This document shows, piece after piece, positions 1 to 10,724 of a stretch of DNA of 64,000 nt. The notes under the pieces are model-generated. The model ran no database searches, was not told the origin of the DNA, and worked only from the letters and a program-made list of their open reading frames with translations. Every line of letters starts with the position of its first letter. Within the stretch, counting starts at the first letter, position 1. Origin of the DNA: Promethearchaeota archaeon (GTDB taxonomy: Archaea; Asgardarchaeota; Lokiarchaeia; Sigyniarchaeales; SOKP01); the NCBI GenBank assembly GCA_016839585.1, contig JAEOTZ010000058.1:96001-160000 (forward strand), in the 5' to 3' direction. A program made the translations under genes and the position numbers.

Positions 1-2
1 AT

Positions 3-272
3 GGTGTAGCACATAAATTAGATCAAATAACTTTCCATTTCGATCCAGAAAATTATATGAAGCCTTGGAAATTTACGAGTAATGATGGACGGTTCGAGAT
101 GGATTTTGAACCTATCATAGACAGAAATTCGAAAATCAACTTTTTAATACTGAAAAGCCTTCAACACCAAGTTTTTGGCTATTATACTGGATCACTTATA
201 CTTGATGATGGAACTAAAATTCAAATTAAACGCCTTTTGGGCTTTGCAGAAGAAGTTTTTAACAAATGGTAA
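3..272 (+). CDS. DUF2804-family protein, C-terminal part (5' end outside window)
   Basis: Frame open from window start (GVAHKLDQITFHFDPENYMKPWKF...QHQVFGYYTG...GFAEEVFNKW); resembles DUF2804 C-terminus. Confidence 0.65.
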   Translation, partial: GVAHKLDQITFHFDPENYMKPWKFTSNDGRFEMDFEPIIDRNSKINFLILKSLQHQVFGYYTGSLILDDGTKIQIKRLLGFAEEVFNKW

Positions 273-327
273 ATTAGAATTTACATATTGGTTTAGAATT
301 TTAGAATTTTTTAAAAAAAATAAATCC

Positions 328-435
328 TTATTCAACTAAGCTAAATGTTCCTTCACTTTCACCACAATTGGGGCATTCTTCTGGAATATCATCCAGATCA
401 AATTTAAATCCACATTTATCACACTGCCAGGCCAA
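328..435 (-). CDS. 35-aa rubredoxin-like/zinc-ribbon miniprotein (not in ORF track)
   Basis: TTG start, MAWQCDKCGFKFDLDDIPEECPNCGESEGTFSLVE*, WxCxxCG...CPxCG motif; GGGGT RBS-like sequence upstream. Confidence 0.8.
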   Translation of the reverse strand: MAWQCDKCGFKFDLDDIPEECPNCGESEGTFSLVE

Positions 436-593
436 GAAAATCTACCCCATTTGGATGATTTAAATGTATTTTTATTAGTATAAAAAAAAATTTATCTAAA
501 TTTAAAATTTTTTTGGGAATAATATTGATTTTAATATTTTAGGCGGTAATCCCCTCTTTTCAATTATAAAAGGATAAGTATGATAAAGTCTGA

Positions 594-1127
594 TTATTCA
601 GAAATAATAACAATTATTTTTTGGAATATTTCTTGTTGATTTTGGCGACTTAAAGTAAATACTACTACTTCTGGTATCTTAAGAAGAGAATCCTTTAATG
701 GATGCTCTATTTTTTGACCAATTGTTGCTATAATTTTAGTATCTGAATGAAAAAAATCATTAATTAGATTTTGAAATTTTCTAGAGAAAAGCTCCATTTT
801 TCCAATTTCATCAATAACTAATAATTCTCCTTTATGAAAAACCATATCTTCTAATTTTGAGATTAAATTCTCAAATTCTTCAATAAAGATGCAATATCGC
901 CCTAATTTGTACTTTGTGTTATAGTTTCCAATCCTTGCTAATTTTCCTCTTTTTCTTGTATTAATATCTTCGATATCAAATCCGATACGATTGCCGTCTC
1001 TTCGAACTTCTGGGGTTAAAAAGCCATGAATTGTGTACTTACGATCAGAGAAATATTCTATTAATTTTACTACTAAAGTTGACTTACCACTTCGAGGTGG
1101 ACCTGTTACAAGAATTTTTTTATTCAT
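594..1127 (-). CDS. NTPase_1 (THEP1-like) nucleoside-triphosphatase
   Basis: Walker A GPPRSGKST, GFLTPEVR, LLVIDEIGKME motifs. Confidence 0.9.
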   Translation of the reverse strand: MNKKILVTGPPRSGKSTLVVKLIEYFSDRKYTIHGFLTPEVRRDGNRIGFDIEDINTRKRGKLARIGNYNTKYKLGRYCIFIEEFENLISKLEDMVFHKGELLVIDEIGKMELFSRKFQNLINDFFHSDTKIIATIGQKIEHPLKDSLLKIPEVVVFTLSRQNQQEIFQKIIVIISE

Positions 1128-1227
1128 TTAATTAATAAATCAAAATTTTAAATATAGTAAGAATTTAAATGAAATTATAAAATAATTAATTATTTATTTT
1201 TTAAATATTACAAAGAGAGATAAAAAT

Positions 1228-2175
1228 ATGAAAAGTTCTACATTTAATTTTAAGGATCAAGATGGAATTGAGATTTTTGTGTATAAGTGGGAACCAGATA
1301 CAACCCCTAAAGCTGTTGTCCAATTTATTCACGGAATGGCAGAACATGCTAAAAGATATGCCGAAATAGCAGAAGCCTTATGCAATGCGGGATTTATTTG
1401 TTATGCCAATGATGTTCGAGGTCATGGAATGACTGGTGGTGATTTAACTGAAGCTACTTTAGAGGGGAATGCTGGAGTTTTAGGGCCTAATGGATGGAGA
1501 GGCGTGGTAAATGATGTTTATGAGCTATCAAAAATAGTTAAGAAAGAAAATCTTAACCTTCCTTTATTTCTAATAGGACATTCTTGGGGTGCTATGATTG
1601 TGCAAGATTATATTCAAGAATGGGGAAATGAAATCAAAGGGTGCATTTTAAGTGGTACTACTGGAAAAGTAAGAACATTAGTACTTAAAGCTGGTAAAAT
1701 GATTGTTAAAAATGAGATAAAAAAATTAGGACCAACTGCCCCAAGCCAAAAAATGCATGATATGAATTTTAAGAGCTATAATCATGATTGGCAACAAGAA
1801 GAAGGAGCAACAGGATTTGAATGGCTCAGTAGAGACAAAGTGGAAGTCCAAAAGTATATTGATGATCCATGGTGCGGATTTATTACTCCTGCAACATTTT
1901 GGTTAGAATCTATCAATGGGAGTATAAAAATATATGATGAAAAAAACGAGCAAAAGATACCAAAAGATTTACCAATTCATTTTATTTCGGGAGCTTTATG
2001 TCCCGTAGGAAATAAAACTAAAGGAGTCACGGCGATGATTAATCGTCTAAAGAAACATAACATTAAAGAAGTTACTTATAAATTTTACCCAGATACTCGA
2101 CATGAACTTTTTCATGAAATTAATCGTGAAGAAGTTTTTAAAGATGTTATTAACTGGCTAGATTCTCACTTATAA
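1228..2175 (+). CDS. Alpha/beta hydrolase, lysophospholipase/monoglyceride lipase family
   Basis: HGMAEH, DVRGHG, GHSWG nucleophile elbow, RHELFHE. Confidence 0.88.
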   Translation: MKSSTFNFKDQDGIEIFVYKWEPDTTPKAVVQFIHGMAEHAKRYAEIAEALCNAGFICYANDVRGHGMTGGDLTEATLEGNAGVLGPNGWRGVVNDVYELSKIVKKENLNLPLFLIGHSWGAMIVQDYIQEWGNEIKGCILSGTTGKVRTLVLKAGKMIVKNEIKKLGPTAPSQKMHDMNFKSYNHDWQQEEGATGFEWLSRDKVEVQKYIDDPWCGFITPATFWLESINGSIKIYDEKNEQKIPKDLPIHFISGALCPVGNKTKGVTAMINRLKKHNIKEVTYKFYPDTRHELFHEINREEVFKDVINWLDSHL

Positions 2176-2203
2176 CTTAATTTTTTTCTAAATTTTTCCA
2201 ATT

Positions 2204-3337
2204 CTATTTGTTTAATTCTCTAAATTTCAATAAGAGTTCTTTTTGTCTATCAGATATTTTTTCAGGTACTTTAATATTCACTATGACATAATGATCTCCC
2301 CTTTCTTTTCCCCGTAGATAAGTAGCTCCGCTTTTTTTAATTCGAAATTCTGTTCCAGGCTGAGTTCCCGGTGGGATTGTCAACTCTTTTTCTGTCATTT
2401 TCTTTTCTTTATAATCTAAAGTAGGAACCTTGATTTTCCCACCTAAAATTGCAGTTATAATATCCAAATCTATTGGAGTATAAAGATCATAACCACGACG
2501 AATAAACTTTTCATTCTCTTTAATTTTAATCCCTAAATAAAGATCACCAGGAATAGCATTTACAGAAGGTACATGACCAGCACCTTGAACTTTCAAATGA
2601 ACTCCATTTTCTATACCAGGTGGTATATTAACATGTATAGTTTTATGATCAGGAACTACCTTTTTCCCATTACACATCTTACACTTCTTTTTAATTACTT
2701 TACCTGTACCATTACAAGCATAGCATTCTGACTCACGAATAATAGTACCAAATCCAGACTGCGTCATTTTCCTAATTCGACCCGTTCCTTGACACTCTGG
2801 GCAATTAGTGATACTTGATGGATCTTCAGCCCCTGTTCCTTCACAGGCGTCACAAGGAGTATATCGTTCTATTGGGACATCTTTTTTTACTCCAAACATA
2901 GCCTCTTCAAAACTAATTTCTAAGAAATCTTCTATATCTTGTCCGACTTCTCGACGTGGTGCAGTTCTTCTTCTAGCTCTTGAACCAAAACCACTAAAAC
3001 CAAAATCATCAAACCCTCCAAATGGACTAAATTCACCAAAGATGCTTCGAAATAACTCATCGATACCTGGTATTCCACCACGGAAAAAATCACTCATATC
3101 TATTTCTACTCCACTAAAACCGAAGCGATCATAATTTTTCCTCTTATCAGGATCATTTAATACTTCATAAGCTTCTTGGAGTTCGATAAATTTTTCTTTT
3201 GCTTTAGGATCCGTTTTGTTCATATCTGGATGAAGTTCCTTAGCTAATCTACGATATGCTAGTTTGATATCATTCTGGGAAGCATCTTTACTTACACCCA
3301 ATACCTCATAGTAATCTCTTTTTTTGCTGGAACTCAT
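2204..3337 (-). CDS. dnaJ: Chaperone DnaJ
   Basis: J domain with HPD, G/F-rich region, four CxxCxGxG-type repeats, C-terminal domain. Confidence 0.97.
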   Translation of the reverse strand: MSSSKKRDYYEVLGVSKDASQNDIKLAYRRLAKELHPDMNKTDPKAKEKFIELQEAYEVLNDPDKRKNYDRFGFSGVEIDMSDFFRGGIPGIDELFRSIFGEFSPFGGFDDFGFSGFGSRARRRTAPRREVGQDIEDFLEISFEEAMFGVKKDVPIERYTPCDACEGTGAEDPSSITNCPECQGTGRIRKMTQSGFGTIIRESECYACNGTGKVIKKKCKMCNGKKVVPDHKTIHVNIPPGIENGVHLKVQGAGHVPSVNAIPGDLYLGIKIKENEKFIRRGYDLYTPIDLDIITAILGGKIKVPTLDYKEKKMTEKELTIPPGTQPGTEFRIKKSGATYLRGKERGDHYVIVNIKVPEKISDRQKELLLKFRELNK

Positions 3338-3547
3338 AATCTCTTAGATTCTTGTTGTTATCGAATAAGGTTAAAAATCAAGTAATTAAAATTGTTTCTG
3401 GAATTTAATTTTTTAGGTTATTAAGTAAATTAATATATGAAATTTTTATAAATCAAATCTCTTCTCAATTTAATTGATATAGTTTTATTAATTTAATAAA
3501 AAAAAAATAATAAAACCTTATATATAACATTAACTTATCTAAATTCT

Positions 3548-4087
3548 ATGGAATCTAATGAAATTGAAATAACTGAAAACCTTAAAATTAGATATTATGT
3601 AGTCTCCGGTTGCATAGTAGTTCTCTTTATTATACTTACTGTATTGTTTAGTCAATTCTCAGGCAAAGCATTGTTATATTCTCTAATGATTGAGGGAATT
3701 TTGGCGGCAATTATAGCTCCTCTTATGATTTACGCCTATTCTAGAAACAAATGGGTAACATATGCTTTATCAGAACAAAAATTTATGATTGTAAAGCCAA
3801 AAAAGATTCGCTTTGAAATTAGCTGGTCGGAATTTGATGTAATAAAATTTAAACTATTAGGGAGTGAGTTTGGCACACTTAAAGGTAGAAAGCTGGAAAG
3901 GAAAACCAATGTATTTAAACTTAAATTTTTACGCGGAAATGATCAAATTAAAGATATAAAATTCGCTGTCCTCAGTAGAGCTAAAGCGAGAGAACTAGGT
4001 GCGGCAATAATTAATTATGCAAAAAATATGGGCAAAGATATCATCTTAAAACAGCGTGATATACAACTAAGAAATCTAGATGTTTGA
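3548..4087 (+). CDS. Membrane protein, two N-terminal TM helices plus PH-like soluble domain
   Basis: Two hydrophobic segments then beta-rich domain with ISWSEFD; paralogous to 35437-35943. Confidence 0.6.
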   Translation: MESNEIEITENLKIRYYVVSGCIVVLFIILTVLFSQFSGKALLYSLMIEGILAAIIAPLMIYAYSRNKWVTYALSEQKFMIVKPKKIRFEISWSEFDVIKFKLLGSEFGTLKGRKLERKTNVFKLKFLRGNDQIKDIKFAVLSRAKARELGAAIINYAKNMGKDIILKQRDIQLRNLDV

Positions 4088-4262
4088 GATTTTTTGATTA
4101 TTAAGTTTAATATTATTAAATAGAAGCTAGAATTAGATAATGTAATTTTATTTAATGATCAAATAAGTCCTTTTTTTTTTAAAAAAATAATTGTAAAAAA
4201 AAGAGGTTTATTCTCTTTCTTAAATAATTAATAAGATTTTTGTTTATATTAATTAACACTAC

Positions 4263-6287
4263 TTATTCGTCCGAATCCTCGTCCCAGTCAACGTCCACAA
4301 CCTTCTTCTTCTCTTTTTCATCTTTTTCCTTTTTATATGTAGCACCACCAGCACCTGTCTCATCTGCTCCACCTGGGGGCGCATCACCCATACCTCCTGG
4401 AGGGGCACCTCCCATACCACTTGCGGCACGTTGAGCTTGTTCGGCTGCCTGTTGATAAACCTGATCTTGAGTTTGTGAAGCGTAAATTCTTTGGGAAAAG
4501 CTATACATAGACTTTTGCAGATTTTCTACTCCGAGTTTTATTCTTTGAACGTCATCAGTCTTAATATCTTCTTCTAGGGAACTCATTGCCGCTTCGATTT
4601 CTTTCTTTTCATTTTCTTGGATCTTTTCTTTATTATCTTCCATTAATTTCCTTGTTTGGTAGATCATAGAATCTGCATTATTTTTAACTTCGACTAATTC
4701 TCTTACTTTTTTATCTTCTTCTTCAAAATCTTCTGCAATTCTAACTTTTTCCTGAATTTCTTCAGGAGTTAAACCTCTAGCTCCAGTAACAGTTATTCCT
4801 GTTTCTTTGCCTGTTCCTAAATCTTTTGCAGTTACATGGACTATTCCATCAGCATCGATTGAAAATTTAACTTCAATTTGCGGAATACCTCGGGGAGCAG
4901 GTGGGATTCCTGTTAAATGGAACATTCCTAAAGATATATTATCTTTTGCCATAGCTCTTTCTCCTTGAAGAACATTTATGGTAACTGCTGGTTGATTATC
5001 AGCGGCTGTACTAAATACCTGACTTTTTTCTGTTGGAATGGTACTATTTCGCTCAATTAATTTTGTAAATACTCCTCCGAGGGTTTCAACTCCCAACGAG
5101 AGTGGAGTAACATCTAGTAAAAGTAAGTCTTCAACGTCTCCCGCAATAATCCCTCCTTGGATTGCAGCACCAATTGCTACACATTCCATTGGATCTACTG
5201 AATGTTCTGTTTCTTTACCTCCAAAAAATTTCTTGAATCTTTGTTGTACGGATGGCATTCTCGTTGGCCCCCCAACTAAGATAACCTTATCGATGTTATT
5301 AACTGATAATTTAGCATCAGAAACTGCTCTTTGCATAATAGGATCTAATCTCCTAAGAGTAGGCTCAATTAACGCTTCCAATTTTGCTCGTGTAAGTTCC
5401 ATTGTTAAATGAACAGGATTTCCCTCCTTTTGGGAGATATAGGGGAGGTTAATTGATGATGAAAGTGTAGTTGATAATTCAATTTTCGCCTTTTCAGCAG
5501 CATCTTTAATTCTTATCCATGCTTTGCTATCGCCTTTTAAATCAATCCCCTCCTTCTTTTTAAACTCCTCAGTGATCCAGTCGATAATAGCATTATCCAT
5601 ATCGGTTCCCCCTAATTGGGTATCCCCTGCCGTTGACATAACTTCTACAACTCCAGATCCATATTCCATGAGTGTAATATCGAATGTACCACCCCCAAGG
5701 TCCAGTACACAGATCTTGATGAGTCTATCTTTAGTATCCTTATCGAGACCGTAAGCCAAGCATGCAGCGGTTGGTTCATTAATCATTCGCACGACCTCCA
5801 GTCCCGCAATCTCTCCTGCGTCTTTAGTAGCTGTACGTTGAGCATCATTGAAATATGCAGGAACGGTAACAACAGCTTTTTTTACCTCTTCACCAAGATA
5901 TGCCGAAGCGTCATTCTTAATCTTTTTTAGGATCATAGCACTAACTTCTTCAGGGCTGAACTCCTGCCATTTTTCTCCAACTCTCAATTTTGCCTTATAA
6001 GAGGTTCCCATTTTCCGCTTAATCGCTGTGACTGTTCCATCAGGATTTGATACAGCCTGACGGCGTGCTGGCTCACCTACAATCTTTCTTCCCTCTTGAT
6101 CAAAAGCAACATAAGATGGAAAAGCTTTTCCTCCAAGAGTTCTTCCCTCTGCAGCTGGTATGATTTCTGGTTTACCAGTTCCACTCAGCACTGCACAAGC
6201 GCTATTACTAGTGCCTAAATCTATACCTAAAATCTTTTCTTTTCTAGTTGATTTTTTCTTCTCTTCTCCTTTCTTCTCATCACTCAT
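4263..6287 (-). CDS. dnaK: Chaperone DnaK (Hsp70)
   Basis: [36 protein letters not shown] motifs. Confidence 0.98.
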   Translation of the reverse strand: MSDEKKGEEKKKSTRKEKILGIDLGTSNSACAVLSGTGKPEIIPAAEGRTLGGKAFPSYVAFDQEGRKIVGEPARRQAVSNPDGTVTAIKRKMGTSYKAKLRVGEKWQEFSPEEVSAMILKKIKNDASAYLGEEVKKAVVTVPAYFNDAQRTATKDAGEIAGLEVVRMINEPTAACLAYGLDKDTKDRLIKICVLDLGGGTFDITLMEYGSGVVEVMSTAGDTQLGGTDMDNAIIDWITEEFKKKEGIDLKGDSKAWIRIKDAAEKAKIELSTTLSSSINLPYISQKEGNPVHLTMELTRAKLEALIEPTLRRLDPIMQRAVSDAKLSVNNIDKVILVGGPTRMPSVQQRFKKFFGGKETEHSVDPMECVAIGAAIQGGIIAGDVEDLLLLDVTPLSLGVETLGGVFTKLIERNSTIPTEKSQVFSTAADNQPAVTINVLQGERAMAKDNISLGMFHLTGIPPAPRGIPQIEVKFSIDADGIVHVTAKDLGTGKETGITVTGARGLTPEEIQEKVRIAEDFEEEDKKVRELVEVKNNADSMIYQTRKLMEDNKEKIQENEKKEIEAAMSSLEEDIKTDDVQRIKLGVENLQKSMYSFSQRIYASQTQDQVYQQAAEQAQRAASGMGGAPPGGMGDAPPGGADETGAGGATYKKEKDEKEKKKVVDVDWDEDSDE

Positions 6288-6323
6288 AGTTAAAATATCA
6301 CTTTTTCTTAGAATTTTGGATAC

Positions 6324-6372
6324 TTAATAATTTAATCTTCAAAGATTTTTTAGACTTTAATAATTTAATCTT
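6324..6372. promoter_or_regulatory. 16-bp direct repeat TTAATAATTTAATCTT x2 in the dnaK/grpE divergent promoter
   Basis: Exact copies at 6324-6339 and 6357-6372 (33-nt period). Confidence 0.4.
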
Positions 6373-6536
6373 TATAAAATTGTAAATTGTTCCTATTAAG
6401 TATATATTAATTAAAATAGAATTAAAAATTTTATTTATATAGATCGCTATATCATAAAAAATAAAATTGATTATCAATTTTAAATCATAAAATTATAATT
6501 CATATAACATTCTAAAGAATTATAAAGGGAGCTGTT

Positions 6537-7379
6537 ATGGCAGAAGAAAACAACGATGAAATAAAAGAAGAAGTTAGGCAAGATGCTTCAGCAGATGAAA
6601 TTATAACACCCAAAGAAAAATTAGTAGCTCAAACCAGTTCTGAAGGAGGATCAAAAAGCGAAGAGGTCAAAAGACTAGAAGAAAAAGAACATTATGAATT
6701 AGAATACTTCTCGAAAGAAGATCTCGTTAAAAAAAATGAAGATCTTGAGAAAGAATTAGGCAAACTTAAAGAAAGTGTCGAGAAATTACAAAAAGAAAAT
6801 GCAGATTCGAAGAATAAGTATATGAAATTACAAGCAGATTTCGAGAATGCTCAAAAACGATGGGACAAAAACCGCCAAAATTTAAGAATTGAATACACGG
6901 CTTCTGTTTTAAGAAATTTTTTACCTTTATATGATTCTTTCAAAAAGGCTATTGATAGTAATAAAGCAAATGAAACGGAGAAAAACATACTAACTGGATT
7001 TTACAATCAATTTATAAACATCTTTAAGTCTTATGGAGCAGAGCCAATACAGGTTAAAGTAAATGAATCTTTTGATTATAATATACATGAAGCTTTAAGT
7101 ACAATTGAAAAAGATGATATTCCTGAGAATAGTATAGTAGAAGTAGTCCAAGACGGGTTCAAATATGGCAAAGAAGTTATAAGGTACGCAAAAGTTATAA
7201 TTTCTCGAAAACCAAAACCTCCTGAACCAGAGCCAAAACCTGAAGAAGAAAAAGTTGAAGAAAGAAAAGAAGAGATTCTTGAAACGCAAGAAATCTCAAC
7301 TGATAAAGAGGACTTCAAAGAAGAAAAACTTAAAGAAAAGAAGTCTAAAAAAGAAAAAAAGTTAAAAAAAGAAAGATGA
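6537..7379 (+). CDS. grpE: Nucleotide exchange factor GrpE with charged N- and C-terminal extensions
   Basis: LQADFENAQKR, FDYNIHEAL, VVQDGF...VIRYAKV motifs; next to dnaK. Confidence 0.93.
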   Translation: MAEENNDEIKEEVRQDASADEIITPKEKLVAQTSSEGGSKSEEVKRLEEKEHYELEYFSKEDLVKKNEDLEKELGKLKESVEKLQKENADSKNKYMKLQADFENAQKRWDKNRQNLRIEYTASVLRNFLPLYDSFKKAIDSNKANETEKNILTGFYNQFINIFKSYGAEPIQVKVNESFDYNIHEALSTIEKDDIPENSIVEVVQDGFKYGKEVIRYAKVIISRKPKPPEPEPKPEEEKVEERKEEILETQEISTDKEDFKEEKLKEKKSKKEKKLKKER

Positions 7380-7526
7380 TGTTTTTCTTTAAAAAACTCA
7401 TTTTCCTGACTTTTAAAATTTCTATTCTTATTGATTTAATATTGGAAAATTTTATTAAATAAAATCTAAAAGATTATTAGTCTTGATACTCTATATCACT
7501 TAACTAATCTTAAATGTGTTAATTTT

Positions 7527-7784
7527 ATGGGAGAAGAACCACAATTACCACCCATTCCGGCAATTGGAGATGTTCTGGATCGGAAAAAATCATTTGTTGA
7601 GAGAAAACATAGTATCCTTAAATGTGGAGCATGTCAAGCCGATTATACGCGTGCATTTAAACCAGGAGATTTTGTATTTAAAGATTTGTCAGACGAAGAG
7701 TGCGAGAAATGTCATAGCAGAAAATTAGCTGTTATTGAAATTTATTCTGAATGGATTAATCCAAAAAAAGAAAAAAAAAAATAA
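7527..7784 (+). CDS. Small zinc-ribbon protein
   Basis: CGAC...RAFKPGDFVFK...CEKC. Confidence 0.7.
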   Translation: MGEEPQLPPIPAIGDVLDRKKSFVERKHSILKCGACQADYTRAFKPGDFVFKDLSDEECEKCHSRKLAVIEIYSEWINPKKEKKK

Positions 7785-7847
7785 ATTACCTTAACACACT
7801 CTCTTTTTTATAAAATTTTATTAAAATTACTCAAATCATGATGCTGA

Positions 7848-8378
7848 ATGTTAATTGGGAATAAAATAAACTTAAAGATTATGGAAAAAAAGGATATGCC
7901 CCTTGTAAAGGATTGGGTAAATAACATTGATTTTATAGGTGATTTTGAACCAATAACTCAAGAAACCTTAACTGAAATAGAAAAACAATATGAGAGTCTT
8001 ACTGAAGGTCAATGGTTTTTTATTGAAAAAAAGGATGGTACAAAGATTGGTTATGTTGCACACTATCTTACAGGATCAAAACAAACAGAAATAGGTTATG
8101 CTTTACATCCTAATGAAAGAAGTAAAGGCCATGGTACTGAAGCAATCCAAATTTTATTAGATTATTTATTCTTATCGAAAAGTATAAAACGCATTCAAGC
8201 TAAGATTAATCCAAATAATATTGGATCTCAGAGAGTCTTAGAAAAAGCTGGGTTTGTTAAGGAAGGAATTCTCCGTAAAAGTTTTTATAGTAGAGGAGAG
8301 TGGAGAGACACTGCAATATTTAGTGTTTTACGAGAAGAATGGAAAGAACCAAAAATCTTAACAAAAGCTAATATCTAG
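7848..8378 (+). CDS. GNAT acetyltransferase, RimJ/RimL family
   Basis: EIGYAL..RSKGHGTEA, NIGSQRVLEKAGF.KEG. Confidence 0.9.
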   Translation: MLIGNKINLKIMEKKDMPLVKDWVNNIDFIGDFEPITQETLTEIEKQYESLTEGQWFFIEKKDGTKIGYVAHYLTGSKQTEIGYALHPNERSKGHGTEAIQILLDYLFLSKSIKRIQAKINPNNIGSQRVLEKAGFVKEGILRKSFYSRGEWRDTAIFSVLREEWKEPKILTKANI

Positions 8379-8380
8379 AA

Positions 8381-9277
8381 TTATCGAATTAAGTCGCGAA
8401 GTTCTCTATAACCAATTACTTTTAAGTCGAGTTCTTCAACACATTCCTTTATTCTCTTATCTGTAAAGGCTTCATAATCTTGATTACGCCAATTTGCTGA
8501 ATCTGGAGTTATAGCTCTCAATTCAGAACTCATTTTTGCTGGATGAAATAAAAAGTGCGTTAACCCAGGTTCTATTTCCCTAATAAGCTTACAATAATAG
8601 TCTATTTTATCAGGTTGTTCCCTGCCTGTATCAATAATGATGTGATCTATAAGAGGAAAACCCCAAGATTCAATAATTGAAAGGATTTTTTCAAAAATTT
8701 TTAAGTAATCTTTTAATCCTCTAGCAATCATTATTTCTCTATTTACTTTTGGAAATAATCCAGGGATCTGAAACTCTTTAGCTAAATTTAAATAGGATCT
8801 AATAAATTTAGGATGTACTATAGTTCCCATATGTGGATCCACGTGAGTTACATCAATTCCATTATCTAAAGCCAATTGAATTTGAGAACGCAATTCAATT
8901 TCGGCTGCTTCAGGTTTTACATTAATAATTGCTTCTTCCGATGTACGCCAAAGAGAATTTTCTGAATCTAATAATCCTGTTTTAGGATCAATACTGCTTA
9001 ATGCTCGCCATCGATAGAGATCATACTCACAGGTGAGAGTTAAATGAACACCCAAATCATATTTTGGGTTATTCTTATAAATTGATGCCACTTCTAAAAA
9101 CCAAGGAGCCGGCGTAATTATGGCTCCACAGCTGGCAATCCCGAAATCTAAACATTCGAATGATGCGACATTTGAAGCATGCGAGAAGCCTATATCATCA
9201 ATATGAAAAATGACAACTTTATCAGAAGCTTCAAAACCCAATTTTTCAATAACTGATCGATTTTTCATTAAATACAA
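8381..9277 (-). CDS. YdjC/ChbG-like carbohydrate deacetylase
   Basis: HIDDIG, GVHLTL, THVDPHM, FHP motifs. Confidence 0.85.
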   Translation of the reverse strand: MYLMKNRSVIEKLGFEASDKVVIFHIDDIGFSHASNVASFECLDFGIASCGAIITPAPWFLEVASIYKNNPKYDLGVHLTLTCEYDLYRWRALSSIDPKTGLLDSENSLWRTSEEAIINVKPEAAEIELRSQIQLALDNGIDVTHVDPHMGTIVHPKFIRSYLNLAKEFQIPGLFPKVNREIMIARGLKDYLKIFEKILSIIESWGFPLIDHIIIDTGREQPDKIDYYCKLIREIEPGLTHFLFHPAKMSSELRAITPDSANWRNQDYEAFTDKRIKECVEELDLKVIGYRELRDLIR

Positions 9278-9317
9278 CTTGTTCTATTCATAAAAATGAA
9301 TATTGATAATTGAAGTA

Positions 9318-10310
9318 TTACTCTAAACCTAACATTTCAATAATTTTATTTGCCATAGAATATGGATCTAAGGACTTTTTCATTGCTTTTTCTAAATAAG
9401 GTTCAATTTTTTCACTATTATTAACAAGGTCTTCAATCTTTTTTGTTAATTTGCGTTTTAAAATTTGAAGAGTTTCAGATTTTATCCTATTTAATTGATA
9501 ATTATCAATATATCCTGTACTTTCTAAAAAACTTCTATGAACATCAACAATTTTAAGCAATTCTTCAAAATTTTCCCCTGTTTTTGAGTTTACTTTAATG
9601 ACCTGAGGTGTCCATCGCTTCATTTTCGCAAGATTTTTACTAATTTCTTGTGATTCATATATAAAATTTTTATTTAACTCTAACATCTGCATTATTTCTG
9701 CTACTTTCCTGTCTGATCCTGATAAATCCATTTTATTAACCACAAAAATATCAACAATTTCCATTATGCCTGCTTTAATAGCTTGAATATCATCCCCTAA
9801 TCCTGGTACTAGCAAAACTACAACTGTTTGAGCAGACTTGAAGATATCGACTTCAGATTGTCCCACACCAACAGTTTCAACTATAATAACATCACATCCA
9901 TATGCATCTAAAATTTTGATAGCATCTTCAGTTGCTCTAGCTAGTCCCCCTAATCTTCCCCTGTTTGCCATGCTCCTAATAAAAACGTTTTCAAGGGTAA
10001 AATTTTGTTTCATTCTTATTCTATCTCCAAGTAGAGCTCCACCAGTAAGAGGTGAAGAAGGATCAACACAGATTATTCCAACCTTTTTACCCTTATCAAC
10101 AAAAATTTTAGTAATTGTAGAAATAAAAGTAGATTTACCACTGCCCGGTGCTCCAGTCACCCCTAAAATGTAAGCATTTCCTGTTTTATTGTAGATATTA
10201 TTTACAATTTTTTCTGCTGCATCAATGTCATTTTCCACAATAGTAATTAAACGAGCAGCAGCACGAGTATTTCCTTTAAGTACCTGATCAATTAAATTAG
10301 AGTAATCCAT
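9318..10310 (-). CDS. meaB: Acyl-CoA mutase-associated GTPase MeaB/ArgK
   Basis: GAPGSGKST, DPSSPLTGGALLGDRIRM, ETVGVGQSE, NKMD. Confidence 0.95.
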   Translation of the reverse strand: MDYSNLIDQVLKGNTRAAARLITIVENDIDAAEKIVNNIYNKTGNAYILGVTGAPGSGKSTFISTITKIFVDKGKKVGIICVDPSSPLTGGALLGDRIRMKQNFTLENVFIRSMANRGRLGGLARATEDAIKILDAYGCDVIIVETVGVGQSEVDIFKSAQTVVVLLVPGLGDDIQAIKAGIMEIVDIFVVNKMDLSGSDRKVAEIMQMLELNKNFIYESQEISKNLAKMKRWTPQVIKVNSKTGENFEELLKIVDVHRSFLESTGYIDNYQLNRIKSETLQILKRKLTKKIEDLVNNSEKIEPYLEKAMKKSLDPYSMANKIIEMLGLE

Positions 10311-10711
10311 TATCTTTTCAAATTATTTTTGACAAATTCAACGATTGTTTTTAATTCAGTACCAGGACCGTGAAATCCTTTCAATCCATGTTTCTCTAAA
10401 AATGGTTTATCTTCATCAGGTATAATTCCACCAACAGCAACCAGAACATCATCTATTCCTTGTTCTTTTAACTTTTCCATAATTAATGGACATAGTGCAT
10501 TATGAGCACCACTTAACATTGATAACATCACGGCGTCAGGATCTTCTTGAATGACGGTGTTTACAATATCTTCAGGGGTTTGGTGAATACCTGTATAAAT
10601 AACTTCCATACCCGCATCCCTTAAGGCTCTAGCGAGGACTTTTGCCCCTCGATCATGTCCATTTAAGCCTGGTTTGCAAACTAAAACTTTAATTTTTCTT
10701 TTTTCTACCAT
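10310..10711 (-). CDS. Acyl-CoA mutase small, cobalamin-binding subunit
   Basis: KPGLNGHDRG (variant of DxHxxG), SMLSGAH, GGIIP; overlaps the meaB start. Confidence 0.93.
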   Translation of the reverse strand: MVEKRKIKVLVCKPGLNGHDRGAKVLARALRDAGMEVIYTGIHQTPEDIVNTVIQEDPDAVMLSMLSGAHNALCPLIMEKLKEQGIDDVLVAVGGIIPDEDKPFLEKHGLKGFHGPGTELKTIVEFVKNNLKR

Positions 10712-10724
10712 AGTTTATACCCTA

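Noticed and set aside
274-312. Repeated TTAGAATT units after the first gene
   Set aside because: Very short low-complexity AT-rich repeats in a terminator-like region; no spacer structure, so not CRISPR
2808-5754. Antisense ORFs inside dnaJ and dnaK (2808, 4240, 5038, 5524)
   Set aside because: Shadow ORFs opposite well-conserved genes; Ser/Pro/Ile-rich, no motifs
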